Assembly (NCBI GenBank): GCA_024693915.1
Contig: JAILKG010000057.1
Coordinates: 1 to 63,961 of the forward strand
Direction: 5' to 3'
Source of the DNA: Treponema sp.
GTDB lineage: Bacteria; Spirochaetota; Spirochaetia; Treponematales; Treponemataceae
DNA: 63,961 bases
Under the pieces are notes generated by a model. It was not told the origin of the DNA. It ran no database searches and saw only the letters and a program-made list of their open reading frames with translations. Each line of letters begins with the position of its first letter. Positions within the stretch are counted from its first letter, which is position 1. The translations under genes and the position numbers were made by a program. Positions 19,700 to 28,887 of this stretch are shown here, piece after piece.

Positions 19700-20771
19700 A
19701 ATTGGTAAAAAATTAAAAATTCTTTTGATCTGTTGCGGGGCCCTGATTCTGATTCTTGCAGGGCTTTTTATAGCCAGAAAAATCGGTCAGGCCAGTAAAG
19801 AACAGAAAATAACATATACTGTAAAATCTGAAACCTACGAAAACTGCATTGAAATTGCAGGAACAATTGCCGCCGCAGAAGAACAGACTCTTCAGGCCTT
19901 GAGTTCCGGAACAGTTCTTGGTGTTTATGTTCAAAAGGGAGACAAGGTAAAAAAAGGAGACATAATTCTTCAGCTGGATTCCACAGAGCAGGAATACAAC
20001 CTTGCAAAACTTGATTACGACATGGACTCAACCAGAATCAGCGGAGCAAAAAAACAGCTTCAGCTGCAGGAAGTTCAGCGACTTTCCCTGCTGCAGAAAA
20101 TTGAAGACAGAAAAGTAGTTGCCACCTTTGACGGAATCATTGCCGACTTGGACGTTGCCGTTGGAGACTCAATGGAAGCAAAGGATTCCGTGGGAACACT
20201 TGTAAACGTGGAATATCTGAAAGCAAATGTAGAAATTGCCGAAACCGATGTATCAAAACTAAAAGTGGGGCAAAAAGTAATTTTCACCTTTCCTGCTTAC
20301 AACGGAAGTGTAGAAGGCTATGTTGTAGGCTGGCCTGCAATCGGAGAAGTAACCAGCCGGGGGGCCACAATCGTAAATGCAGAAGTAAGAATCGACAAAT
20401 ATCCCCCGGAAATATTACCAAACTTTTCTTTTACCGGAAAAATCCAGATTACAGATCCTGTGGACAACCTGATTGTTGAACGCTATGCCATTGGCAGAGA
20501 AAACAAGGATACTTTTGTTGAACTGGCCTCCAGCGGAGAAAAAATCAGCGTAAAAATTGCACCATACGGCTCAGGTTTTGTGAAAATTACAGAAGGCAAT
20601 GTAAAAGAAGGAGACATTTTAAAAGCCCAAAGCGCGCCAAAAGTTTCTGGAAGCATTCGTCCAAACGGACAAGGTGGCCGCCAAGGACAGCTGCCGGGAC
20701 AGAGAGCAGGCACTTCCGGCCAGAGAAGCGGAATGGGTATGCCAGGCGGCTTTCCTGGTGCGGGAAGATAA
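19686..20771 (+). CDS. MacA-like periplasmic adaptor
   Basis: TM anchor; lipoyl-like halves (SGTVLGVYVQKGDKVKKGD, ATFDGII). Confidence 0.85.
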   Translation: MKKIKIGKKLKILLICCGALILILAGLFIARKIGQASKEQKITYTVKSETYENCIEIAGTIAAAEEQTLQALSSGTVLGVYVQKGDKVKKGDIILQLDSTEQEYNLAKLDYDMDSTRISGAKKQLQLQEVQRLSLLQKIEDRKVVATFDGIIADLDVAVGDSMEAKDSVGTLVNVEYLKANVEIAETDVSKLKVGQKVIFTFPAYNGSVEGYVVGWPAIGEVTSRGATIVNAEVRIDKYPPEILPNFSFTGKIQITDPVDNLIVERYAIGRENKDTFVELASSGEKISVKIAPYGSGFVKITEGNVKEGDILKAQSAPKVSGSIRPNGQGGRQGQLPGQRAGTSGQRSGMGMPGGFPGAGR

Positions 20772-20789
20772 TTTAATTGAGTCTGAAGT

Positions 20790-21599
20790 ATGGAAGAAGA
20801 TAAATCTAACACAGTGATAATGATGCAGGATGTTCGCAAAATATACAAAATGGGCGACACGGAAGTTCACGCCCTGAGGGGAATTTCTTTTTCCATTAAA
20901 AAAGGAGAAGCGGTTTCCATTATGGGCCCTTCAGGTTCCGGAAAATCCACCTGCATGAATATGATAGGCTGCCTTGACCGGCCTACAAGCGGAATAGTAA
21001 AAATCGGCGGAAAAGAAACCGCAAAAATGAATGAAAAAGAGCTGGCCCTCCTCAGAAATAAAACCATAGGCTTTGTTTTTCAGCAGTACCACCTTCTTCC
21101 AGGGATGAACGTCTTAGAAAACGTAATGCTCCCCCTCCGCTACCAGGGAATCGACAAGGGCCAGAGGGCAAAAATGGCAAAAGAAGCTCTGGAACTTGTT
21201 CAGATGGAAAACAGAATGCAGCACCGGCCAAGCGAACTTTCCGGCGGTCAAAAGCAGAGAGTTGCAATAGCCCGGGCCATGGTTACAAAACCGGACATTA
21301 TTCTTGCAGACGAACCAACAGGAGCCCTGGACAGTAAAACCGGTCTTCAGGTTTTAAAACTCTTCAGAGAAATCAACCAGGCGGGAACAACAATCGTGAT
21401 CGTTACCCACGACCCAGGAATAGGCGCCAGCACTGACCGCTGCATCCGCATTTTTGACGGAAACATCCAGTCCGACAAGATGCAAAAAGCAATACTTCCT
21501 TTTGAGGAGGAGGACAATTCCGGGAAGGGTAACGACGGCAAAGACAGCGACCAGAAGAAGCTGAATGACAATATTAAGAAGGAGGGCAAAAATGCTTGA
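20790..21599 (+). CDS. MacB/LolD-type ABC ATPase
   Basis: GPSGSGKST, LSGGQKQRV, ILADEPTGALD, VTHD. Confidence 0.92.
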   Translation: MEEDKSNTVIMMQDVRKIYKMGDTEVHALRGISFSIKKGEAVSIMGPSGSGKSTCMNMIGCLDRPTSGIVKIGGKETAKMNEKELALLRNKTIGFVFQQYHLLPGMNVLENVMLPLRYQGIDKGQRAKMAKEALELVQMENRMQHRPSELSGGQKQRVAIARAMVTKPDIILADEPTGALDSKTGLQVLKLFREINQAGTTIVIVTHDPGIGASTDRCIRIFDGNIQSDKMQKAILPFEEEDNSGKGNDGKDSDQKKLNDNIKKEGKNA

Positions 21600-22785
21600 A
21601 GACTTTTTGAACGCCCTCCAGAATTTTAAAAGACAGAAAACCAGAACTTTTCTTTCTCTCTTAGGGGTAATCATCGGAGTTGCCTCAGTTATAATAATCA
21701 CAAGTCTGGGTTCTTCTTCTTCAAAAGAAATACAAAACACCTTTGGCTCTGCAGGACTTGATGTAGTGAGCGTTACCGGCGGTTTTATGAGACGAAAAAG
21801 AGACGCCGTAACATTAAGATTTGACGAGGCCTTTAGAGAGGATCTTTTTGACAATGTAAAAGACATAAAAAAGATCTGGTACAAAAACAATCTTAGCGCA
21901 ACCCTTTCCTACGGAGACACAAGTTCCTCCAGTAGTTGCAGCGCCATTGAATACGGCTATCTTGAAATGTACGGAATTGAGCTTGAAAGCGGCCGCTTTT
22001 TTAATGTCACGGAAAATTTTTACGGAATGCAAAAAGCCGTACTGGGAAAAAGTCTTGCCGACGCTCTTTTCCCTTCTGGAGATGCAGTGGGAAAAAGCAT
22101 TCTTCTTACCGCCAGCAAAATTTCCTTCAGGTTCGAAGTAATCGGTGTAATAAAAGAACAGACCAGCGGAATGGAAAACACTTCTAATGCCGCCTACATT
22201 CCCCGGGGCTTTTATTCAAAAAAAATCAAGCCAAATCCGGAAGCGTCTTCGGTAATGGTACAGGCCACAAGCGCAGACAAGGCCACAGCCCTGACAGAAA
22301 AAATACAAAGCTACTGCGAAAGTCTGACCGGAACCCAGTATTCAGTAAATGTAATGTCCATGCAGTCAATGATAGACCAGATGGATTCCATTATGAAAAC
22401 AATGAGCGTAATGCTTTCCGCTATTGCCGCCATATCACTTTTAGTCGGTGGCATTGGAATTATGAACATAATGATTGTAACCGTAACAGAGCGCAGACAG
22501 GAAATTGGAATCAGAAAGGCTCTGGGAGCAAGTCCTGCTGACATAAAAAGGCAGTTTCTGGTTGAATCGGCAGCGATTTCCCTGATTGGCGGGGTTTTAG
22601 GAATTTTTGTTGGAATAGGAATCAGTATGGCTGCAGAATATGTTAAAGGGCAGTCATTTGCTGTAAACCTGAATGCCTGCCTGATAGCCTTTATTTTCTC
22701 TGTTTTTGTGGGAATCTTTTTTGGTCTGAACCCGGCCGCCCGGGCTGCCAAACTTGACCCGGTACTGGCTCTTCAGGGGGAATAA
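21592..22785 (+). CDS. MacB/FtsX-type ABC permease
   Basis: GGIGIMNIM..TVTERRQEIGIRKALGA motif; four TM segments; start overlaps the ATPase stop. Confidence 0.92.
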   Translation: MLEDFLNALQNFKRQKTRTFLSLLGVIIGVASVIIITSLGSSSSKEIQNTFGSAGLDVVSVTGGFMRRKRDAVTLRFDEAFREDLFDNVKDIKKIWYKNNLSATLSYGDTSSSSSCSAIEYGYLEMYGIELESGRFFNVTENFYGMQKAVLGKSLADALFPSGDAVGKSILLTASKISFRFEVIGVIKEQTSGMENTSNAAYIPRGFYSKKIKPNPEASSVMVQATSADKATALTEKIQSYCESLTGTQYSVNVMSMQSMIDQMDSIMKTMSVMLSAIAAISLLVGGIGIMNIMIVTVTERRQEIGIRKALGASPADIKRQFLVESAAISLIGGVLGIFVGIGISMAAEYVKGQSFAVNLNACLIAFIFSVFVGIFFGLNPAARAAKLDPVLALQGE

Positions 22786-22842
22786 AAATCTTCAAACAGC
22801 ACTTAGAACTGTATTTTTCTAATATGGAACTGTTTTTTAATT

Positions 22843-22908
22843 TGCCCAAATTTCGAGTTTTATAATTCCAACTCAAAAATTGGCGTAAATAACTCGAATT
22901 TCAGGCTA
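22843..22908. repeat. Family C minimal copy C3 (both arms present, core deleted)
   Basis: TTTCGAGTTTTATAATTCCAACTCAAAAATTGGC joined to GTAAATAACTCGAATTTCAGGCT. Confidence 0.75.
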
Positions 22909-22944
22909 ATTTACATTTTATCCATGAAAAGTCAGCGTCAAATG

Positions 22945-23616
22945 CTATTCGTAAATTGGTTCAAAATCTTCTGCCGGGTGACCGCACAGAGGACATTCGT
23001 AATCCTCAGGGAGTTCTGAGCCGTCGTATTCGTAACCGCAAATTTTACACCGCCAGCCTTTAATTTTTTTAGGAGCTTCTGTACTCTGAGAATTCCCGGA
23101 AGAAGAATCAGAAGAAAGACTTCCATTTTCCGGAGCAGCTGACTTTGCCTTTACCGAAGTCTGATAGTAGGCATATGTCATAGGCTGCCCTGCTTTTTCA
23201 AAAACCTGAGCATCTGTAACTTCACAGACAAAAAGCATGTGAGTTCCCAAATCCAGCTGATTAGTAACTTTGCCCAGAATAAGGGAGCAGGCTTCTTTTT
23301 TTATATAAGGACAGCCGTTTTCTGCAATTTCATGTTCAAAATCTGCAAATTTATCTACACTTCTTCCACTCTGGTAGCCAAAATGTTTAATCGTTTCAAA
23401 AGAGCAGGAAGTATCCAGAATGCTCAATGAAATAAGTCCGCTTTCCTGAATCATCTGACAGGTAAGGTTTCCTTTTATAACAGAAAGGGCTATGCGGGTG
23501 GGACTATTTGCTGCCTGAAAACAGGTATTTGTGATGCAGGCATTTATTTTTTCCCCGGACTTTGTTCCCAGAAGAAAAACGCCATAAGATAAATTATAAA
23601 GTGCTTTTGTATCCAT
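22945..23616 (-). CDS. Flavin reductase-rubredoxin fusion (high-molecular-weight rubredoxin-like)
   Basis: LSYGVF..., FGYQSGR, GTH; C-terminal CKICGY...CPLCG; TGn-TATAAT-N7-ATG upstream. Confidence 0.88.
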   Translation of the reverse strand: MDTKALYNLSYGVFLLGTKSGEKINACITNTCFQAANSPTRIALSVIKGNLTCQMIQESGLISLSILDTSCSFETIKHFGYQSGRSVDKFADFEHEIAENGCPYIKKEACSLILGKVTNQLDLGTHMLFVCEVTDAQVFEKAGQPMTYAYYQTSVKAKSAAPENGSLSSDSSSGNSQSTEAPKKIKGWRCKICGYEYDGSELPEDYECPLCGHPAEDFEPIYE

Positions 23617-23820
23617 ATAAAAAATTATATCACGGCTGCCTAAAAAGGCAAAAACAAAATAAATTGCCTGATAAAAAAAATTATAATAAACTAAAAAAAA
23701 AGCCCCTTTTCTCTAAATGTCAAAAAGATAAATTATTTTACGAAAATAGCCGGGGCCTTGCGGGGCAAAATGGAAGAAAAATTTCGCCCCGCAGAGGGGG
23801 GTAGCGGACAAGACCGGAAG

Positions 23821-23934
23821 GGCTGTCTAATAAGTTTAGTGACTGCGGTCATTGAGCCTGTCGAAATGACCATTTACACTATACTGGTGGTTTCGAGAAC
23901 CTCAACCACCGCAAACTTTTCTTTTTGGACAGCC
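23821..23934. mobile_element. MITE-like element with GGCTGTC...GACAGCC termini
   Basis: Imperfect terminal inverted repeats GGCTGTCTAATAAG / CTTTTTGGACAGCC interrupt the last hairpin of B2; no clear target-site duplication. Confidence 0.45.
23844..23913. repeat. REPIN-like inverted doublet, family E copy E1
   Basis: GGTCATTGAGCCTGTCGAAATGACC ... GGTGGTTTCGAGAACCTCAACCACC. Confidence 0.75.
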
Positions 23935-24058
23935 GGAGACTTCCCCCTCCTGAATAAAAATCTTAAAAAATTATCCCGGCGGATCCCAGCTTTCAAAAAG
24001 AGCTTTTAACCTTACAAAAGGCGACTCAATAATAATTTCAATAGAATAATTCTAAACA

Positions 24059-24087
24059 TTGACGAAATGAGGGTATTGAACTAAAAT
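24059..24087 (+). promoter_or_regulatory. sigma70 promoter, predicted leaderless
   Basis: TTGACG-N17-TAAAAT-N8-ATG; no SD. Confidence 0.75.
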
Positions 24088-24095
24088 ATAAAAAT

Positions 24096-25232
24096 ATGGG
24101 TGCAAATATAGCTACTAACCAGCTCATCAACAAATACTACGATTTGTACAGGGACAACGAGGTTACTTTCTCTAAAGACATGCTCAAATCCCTCAGAATT
24201 GATCCTCGCCAAATTTATGTAAAATGCGCTGGAGACCAGTGGCCTTGCATTATCAATTCCACCTCATTTCAGATGGCAAAAATCATCATTGGAACAGCAG
24301 GTGGCGCTTTTCAGAAAATCACAAAAAAAGATGCACCCCCGGTAAGTATCCGCTACTGTTTTATCGATGACGACGGAAACCCTCTCTACTTTTTTGTAAC
24401 CTCCAGGGTAACCAATGTAACTCCTTACATGAACTCACAGGATCTTGCGGTTGTAACTCTCACTTTTACACAGAGGCCGCCGGATGACCTTATTATGAGG
24501 CTTGGAACTCTGCTGGATGCAAATGCAAGCTTTCTCAACAGAAAAGACGAAAGAATTTTAATCAACGACAATACAAAACGCGCTCTTGGAATCTATAAAA
24601 AAGAATCCATCGTTTACATCCAGAATGTACCCCGCCGTTGTATTCTCTGGGATATTTCTTTTTCTGGAACAAAAATCATCATTATGGGATTGCCTAACTT
24701 CCTTAAGGGAAAGGAATGCGTAATCCGCTTTATGTTTGAAGAACCGGGCGAAATTATCGATGTAAAGGGAACTATCATGCAGGCTGACCCAGTTGAGGGC
24801 AGAAGGGATTTAGTTACCGCCGGAATCAAATTTGATGAAAACCTTGTTCCTCTTTCTTACAAAGTAAGAATTAACGAATATTTTTCTTCTAACAAAAAAA
24901 TGCTGCTTAGCGCTTCTGGAAAATTCCAGGACGATCAGGCTAATGATCCAACACAGATTGTTATTCAGGCTAAAAAAGCTCAGGAAGAAAAGGCCAAAGA
25001 AGATGCTAAAAACGGCGTAATTCAGGCAAATGTTTCTAAAGACGGACAAATCGTAGCTCCTCAGGCAGGAGCAGGTTCAAGTGCAAATACAGCCTCAGAC
25101 GCCAATGCACAGACAGCAAAAAATCCGGCAAATGCTGAAAAAGTTCTTTCCACTGCCTCAGCTGGTGCTGCAAATGCCGCTAACAATGCAGGTCTTGCAC
25201 CTCAGGGCATTCCTGCCGGTTCACTGAAATAA
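24096..25232 (+). CDS. PlzA-like c-di-GMP receptor (PilZN3 + PilZ) with an Ala-rich tail
   Basis: RKDER (RxxxR) and DISFSG (DxSxxG) motifs after a spirochete-type N-terminal domain. Confidence 0.8.
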   Translation: MGANIATNQLINKYYDLYRDNEVTFSKDMLKSLRIDPRQIYVKCAGDQWPCIINSTSFQMAKIIIGTAGGAFQKITKKDAPPVSIRYCFIDDDGNPLYFFVTSRVTNVTPYMNSQDLAVVTLTFTQRPPDDLIMRLGTLLDANASFLNRKDERILINDNTKRALGIYKKESIVYIQNVPRRCILWDISFSGTKIIIMGLPNFLKGKECVIRFMFEEPGEIIDVKGTIMQADPVEGRRDLVTAGIKFDENLVPLSYKVRINEYFSSNKKMLLSASGKFQDDQANDPTQIVIQAKKAQEEKAKEDAKNGVIQANVSKDGQIVAPQAGAGSSANTASDANAQTAKNPANAEKVLSTASAGAANAANNAGLAPQGIPAGSLK

Positions 25233-25284
25233 GCTTTCATTTTCATAGCAAAAATAAATCAAACTCATATAACAGGAAAACAGT

Positions 25285-26442
25285 ATGAATCCTAAAAACC
25301 CTCTTGAATCAGTATATTTTGTAAATCTTCCTGAAAATTTTTCCCTTTCAGAAAAAGCCCTTCAGCTGGATAAGAGCATTCCCCTTCCAGTTCAAAAAAA
25401 AGATTCCGCTCCTGATGCTCCGGGAAGCTTTAACATGGAAGAACTTTCCGGCGAACAGGTTCTTGCAGGAATTCTTACAGTTCTGGCTTACGACAGAAAC
25501 AACCAGCATTTGGACTATTACCGTTCAATTTTGAAACAGGCTCGCCCTGACATTGAAAAGGAACTGACTGAAGCTGCCGTTATAAAAGCAAAAAACGAAG
25601 ACTGGGATATGGCAGAAGAACTCTTTTTGACCCTCCGCGGAATCGACCCGGAAAATGCAGGAACCAAACTGAACACAGCAGTTTTCCTTGACCAGAGGGC
25701 CGAAAGTTACCGCCAGAGCGGTCTTTACGAGGATGCAGATGCCTATGACAGCGACGCTCAGGAATATTACAGGGAAGCAATGGAAGCAGAACCTGCCATT
25801 CCTGACGCATTTTTTAATGCAGGCTTCTTTTATCTGAAACAGCACAATTTTTTTGACGCAAAAGACTGTTTTGAAACCTATCTTGCCCTTACCTGCGACA
25901 CAAGCGATGAAGATCTGGGAGAAAACGGGATCTACAAAAAAGAGCGGGCTCAGGAAATCATCAACAATATTTCTAACGACAATATGGATGACGAAAGATT
26001 CAAAAATGCCTATAAACTAATCTCCTCCGGACAAGAAGAAAAGGGACTTGAAGAAATAAGGGAATTCCTTTCAAAAAATCCTAAGGTATGGAACGCATGG
26101 TTCATGCTGGGCTGGGGAATGAGGCGCCTTGAAAAATGGGAACAGGCTGAACAGGCATTTATGCAGGCATTAACCTGCGGCGGTGAAAACAACTCTGACT
26201 GCTACAATGAACTTGCAATCTGCCAGATGGAAGAAAAAAAGCTTTCTGAAGCAAAAAAAAGTCTTTTAAAAGCCCTTTCCATTTCTCCAGAAGACACAAA
26301 AATCATCTCTAATCTGGGATATTTGTCATTAAGAGAAGGAAACAGAAGCGAAGCACAGAAGTATTTTTCAGCAGTTCTGGTTTATCTTCCAAACGACAAA
26401 ATTGCCTTAAGCGAACTGGCAAAGCTTGAGCAGGGACTGTAA
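25285..26442 (+). CDS. TPR-repeat protein
   Basis: Multiple TPR consensus helices. Confidence 0.85.
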   Translation: MNPKNPLESVYFVNLPENFSLSEKALQLDKSIPLPVQKKDSAPDAPGSFNMEELSGEQVLAGILTVLAYDRNNQHLDYYRSILKQARPDIEKELTEAAVIKAKNEDWDMAEELFLTLRGIDPENAGTKLNTAVFLDQRAESYRQSGLYEDADAYDSDAQEYYREAMEAEPAIPDAFFNAGFFYLKQHNFFDAKDCFETYLALTCDTSDEDLGENGIYKKERAQEIINNISNDNMDDERFKNAYKLISSGQEEKGLEEIREFLSKNPKVWNAWFMLGWGMRRLEKWEQAEQAFMQALTCGGENNSDCYNELAICQMEEKKLSEAKKSLLKALSISPEDTKIISNLGYLSLREGNRSEAQKYFSAVLVYLPNDKIALSELAKLEQGL

Positions 26443-26472
26443 AAAGCGGACTTTCTTAAAACAGAGAGCCTC

Positions 26473-27051
26473 TTAAAAATCAACTACCAGACTATCACCT
26501 TTTTTGATACCCTGCTTTGAAAACCAGCCCTGTGGAACTTCCAGGGCGTATCGTACATATCCCGTGCTTGTGATATTGGCAAGGCTGTAAGGTGTCATAT
26601 CAAAAATATCCCGAATTTTTCCTTCCTTTGTGATATAGGCAATAGAAAGGGGTGTGGGAGTATTTTTCATCCAGAAATTCAGAATCTGGTCATTTTCAAA
26701 AATAAAGAGCATGCCAGTTCCTTCCGGAATATGTTTTCTGAACATATATCCTTTCTGAAGTTCTTCCGGAGTACGGGCAATTTCTGCTTTGACATATACT
26801 TCCTGACTGTCTGCTTTTTTTATTGTAAGAGTTCTTTTTTCAAGAGAAGAACAGGAAGCAAAAAAAGGAAGAAAAGAAAAAGAGAGAATGAAAAGGAAAA
26901 GAAAAGCCTTTCTGCCGGCATTTCCCGCAAGTGCTTTTACCAGATTTGGATTTTCAGCCTTTCCATTTTTGGTATCCATTTTGCTACTGGTATTTATTCT
27001 GCAGCTTGTATTCATTCTGTCAGTCTGCATTTTTTTTGACAAAAGTAACAT
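26473..27051 (-). CDS. DUF192-family protein (start uncertain)
   Basis: AEIA.T...GYMFR, GMLFIF, FWMKNT..PLSIAYI, ALEVPQGWF. Confidence 0.85.
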   Translation of the reverse strand: MLLLSKKMQTDRMNTSCRINTSSKMDTKNGKAENPNLVKALAGNAGRKAFLFLFILSFSFLPFFASCSSLEKRTLTIKKADSQEVYVKAEIARTPEELQKGYMFRKHIPEGTGMLFIFENDQILNFWMKNTPTPLSIAYITKEGKIRDIFDMTPYSLANITSTGYVRYALEVPQGWFSKQGIKKGDSLVVDF

Positions 27052-27054
27052 AGA

Positions 27055-27609
27055 TTAAAGACCCTCCAGAAACATTTCACGGGTGATTTCCCGTCCACTT
27101 GGACCAACCTTTTTCTTGTTCATAAGAGACTCAAAAGTTTTTTTATCCACATATTTTAATGTGAGGGGTTTTTCAAGGCTCATGGAAAAATTTTCATCTT
27201 CCCAAAGAGATTTTTCCGGGGAAACGGAAACCGGATTTCCATATTTTTTGCAGAGAGTATCAAAAATACTGAAATGGTCCATTCTCTCCCGATTGAGATT
27301 TATTGTAATGATATAAAGCTTGTCATTAAAAAATTGAAACCAGCAGCGGTCCAGAAAAGAAAACTCGTGGCCTCCCAGAGCATCAGTTTCAATAAGCACA
27401 CGATTTTCTCCTGGAAGAAGGCTTACATCCCTGTCTCCATGGTAACCAAAATCTGTGTTTGAACGAAGGGCCTTTTTTGTTTCTTCAAGAGTCATTCCCA
27501 GTTCCACACCGCCGTAGCCGTGAGGAATTTTTTTCTCTTTTGAAAAGGCGGAAAAAGAAAAAAGAGCAGAAATTGAAATTAAAAATAAAAGCCGTCTAAA
27601 AAAATCCAT
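27055..27609 (-). CDS. Hypothetical exported protein
   Basis: Signal peptide; co-oriented with its neighbours. Confidence 0.7.
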   Translation of the reverse strand: MDFFRRLLFLISISALFSFSAFSKEKKIPHGYGGVELGMTLEETKKALRSNTDFGYHGDRDVSLLPGENRVLIETDALGGHEFSFLDRCWFQFFNDKLYIITINLNRERMDHFSIFDTLCKKYGNPVSVSPEKSLWEDENFSMSLEKPLTLKYVDKKTFESLMNKKKVGPSGREITREMFLEGL

Positions 27610-27678
27610 AGCAAATCTCGTAAAGAGTAAAACTCTTAAAAACGCATGCCAAAAATCAGGCAGCGCACTTTACAGCCC

Positions 27679-28860
27679 TTATTTTTCTCCAGATTCAATC
27701 TTCTTAAAAAGAGCTGAAAGTCTGATTATTTCCTGACAGTCCGGAACAAAAATCTTTCCGTCTATCAGCTTAATTGATTTTTCACCTTCAAGTTTTATTA
27801 ATCCCTGCACCTGATCCTGCTTTGGAATTGCGCACATGGTTAAAAGTTCCTGAGGTGTTATAGAAGTCTGAAAAGAACCTCTAAAGCGTCTTTCTTTTTC
27901 CAGCTGAAGGGCCAGCATATCGATTGCCCTATGAAGATAATCTTTAAGGCAGGTGTTGTAAAGCTGGCGGTACATAGACCAGAGGCGCTCTGCAAGCATT
28001 GTAGTAAGGCGGGCAATCAGTTGAGGCTGAGTTCCTACCATGTGGTCAAAGTTTTCCCGGTTGATGACCATAAGGCGGCAGGATTCATGTGCAATTGCAT
28101 TGGCTGAACGCCCCTTGTTTTCAAGCAGAGCCATTTCACCAAACATATCACCGCGATAAAGAACTGAAAGAATTACTTCATTTCCGTTTACAACTTTTGT
28201 GATTTTAACGGAACCTTCCTGAATAACGTACATTTCCTGGGCGGACTGAGTTTCCGCCATAATCATTGTTCCGGCAGGATAATTTCTGACCATTTCATGA
28301 GAAGGCTCGTAATACACTGCTTTTGAAGCAGATTTAAGGGAAACAAAGCGCTTTTGCGCCATAGGAATATTTTTTCCAACAGGATATTCTTTCAGATAGC
28401 GGTAGTAGGCATAGCTGGCAATATCTCTAAAACCTGCGTTATCATAGTAGAGAGCAACATTGTAAATCTGTTCTTTTGAAGTTGCCGAAGTGTCCCTCAA
28501 TGTAAGTTGAGTGAGCTGTTCGTTCATTTCCCGCATTCGGTTGGAAAATGTGCGGATAATTTTCATAGCCACAGGGACATTCTGCTTAATTAAATCCGGA
28601 TACTGGTCGCGGGCAACAGAAATCATGGTACAATCTTCCATTGCGATAGCATTTTCAATCTGACTGTGACCAGACATGCAGGGAATTACCCCCACAAAAT
28701 CGCCGGGTTTGAGAATTTTATTTGAATTCCTTCCAGGATCCATAGAATTTGAGCAGGCTACTTTTCCAGTTTTTACAATAAAAAATCTGTCGTTTGTATC
28801 AACTCCGTCAACAAGAACATAAGAGCCTTTCTTAAACTCTACAAAAGATAACGTCAACAC
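27679..28860 (-). CDS. Dual cNMP-binding-domain protein (Crp/Fnr-like), paralog 2
   Basis: Second domain has FGEMALLE..RSA; GTG start with a GGTG SD. Confidence 0.85.
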   Translation of the reverse strand: MLTLSFVEFKKGSYVLVDGVDTNDRFFIVKTGKVACSNSMDPGRNSNKILKPGDFVGVIPCMSGHSQIENAIAMEDCTMISVARDQYPDLIKQNVPVAMKIIRTFSNRMREMNEQLTQLTLRDTSATSKEQIYNVALYYDNAGFRDIASYAYYRYLKEYPVGKNIPMAQKRFVSLKSASKAVYYEPSHEMVRNYPAGTMIMAETQSAQEMYVIQEGSVKITKVVNGNEVILSVLYRGDMFGEMALLENKGRSANAIAHESCRLMVINRENFDHMVGTQPQLIARLTTMLAERLWSMYRQLYNTCLKDYLHRAIDMLALQLEKERRFRGSFQTSITPQELLTMCAIPKQDQVQGLIKLEGEKSIKLIDGKIFVPDCQEIIRLSALFKKIESGEK

Positions 28861-28887
28861 CTAAAATCACCTTTTAAATCATAGCTT

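Larger units (their letters stand above)
23750..23949 (+). repeat. Family B copy B2 carrying nested insertions
   Basis: GCGGGGC..GCCCCGC-AGAGGGGGGTAGCGGACAAG, then the insertion, then GGAGACTTCCCCCTC. Confidence 0.75.
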
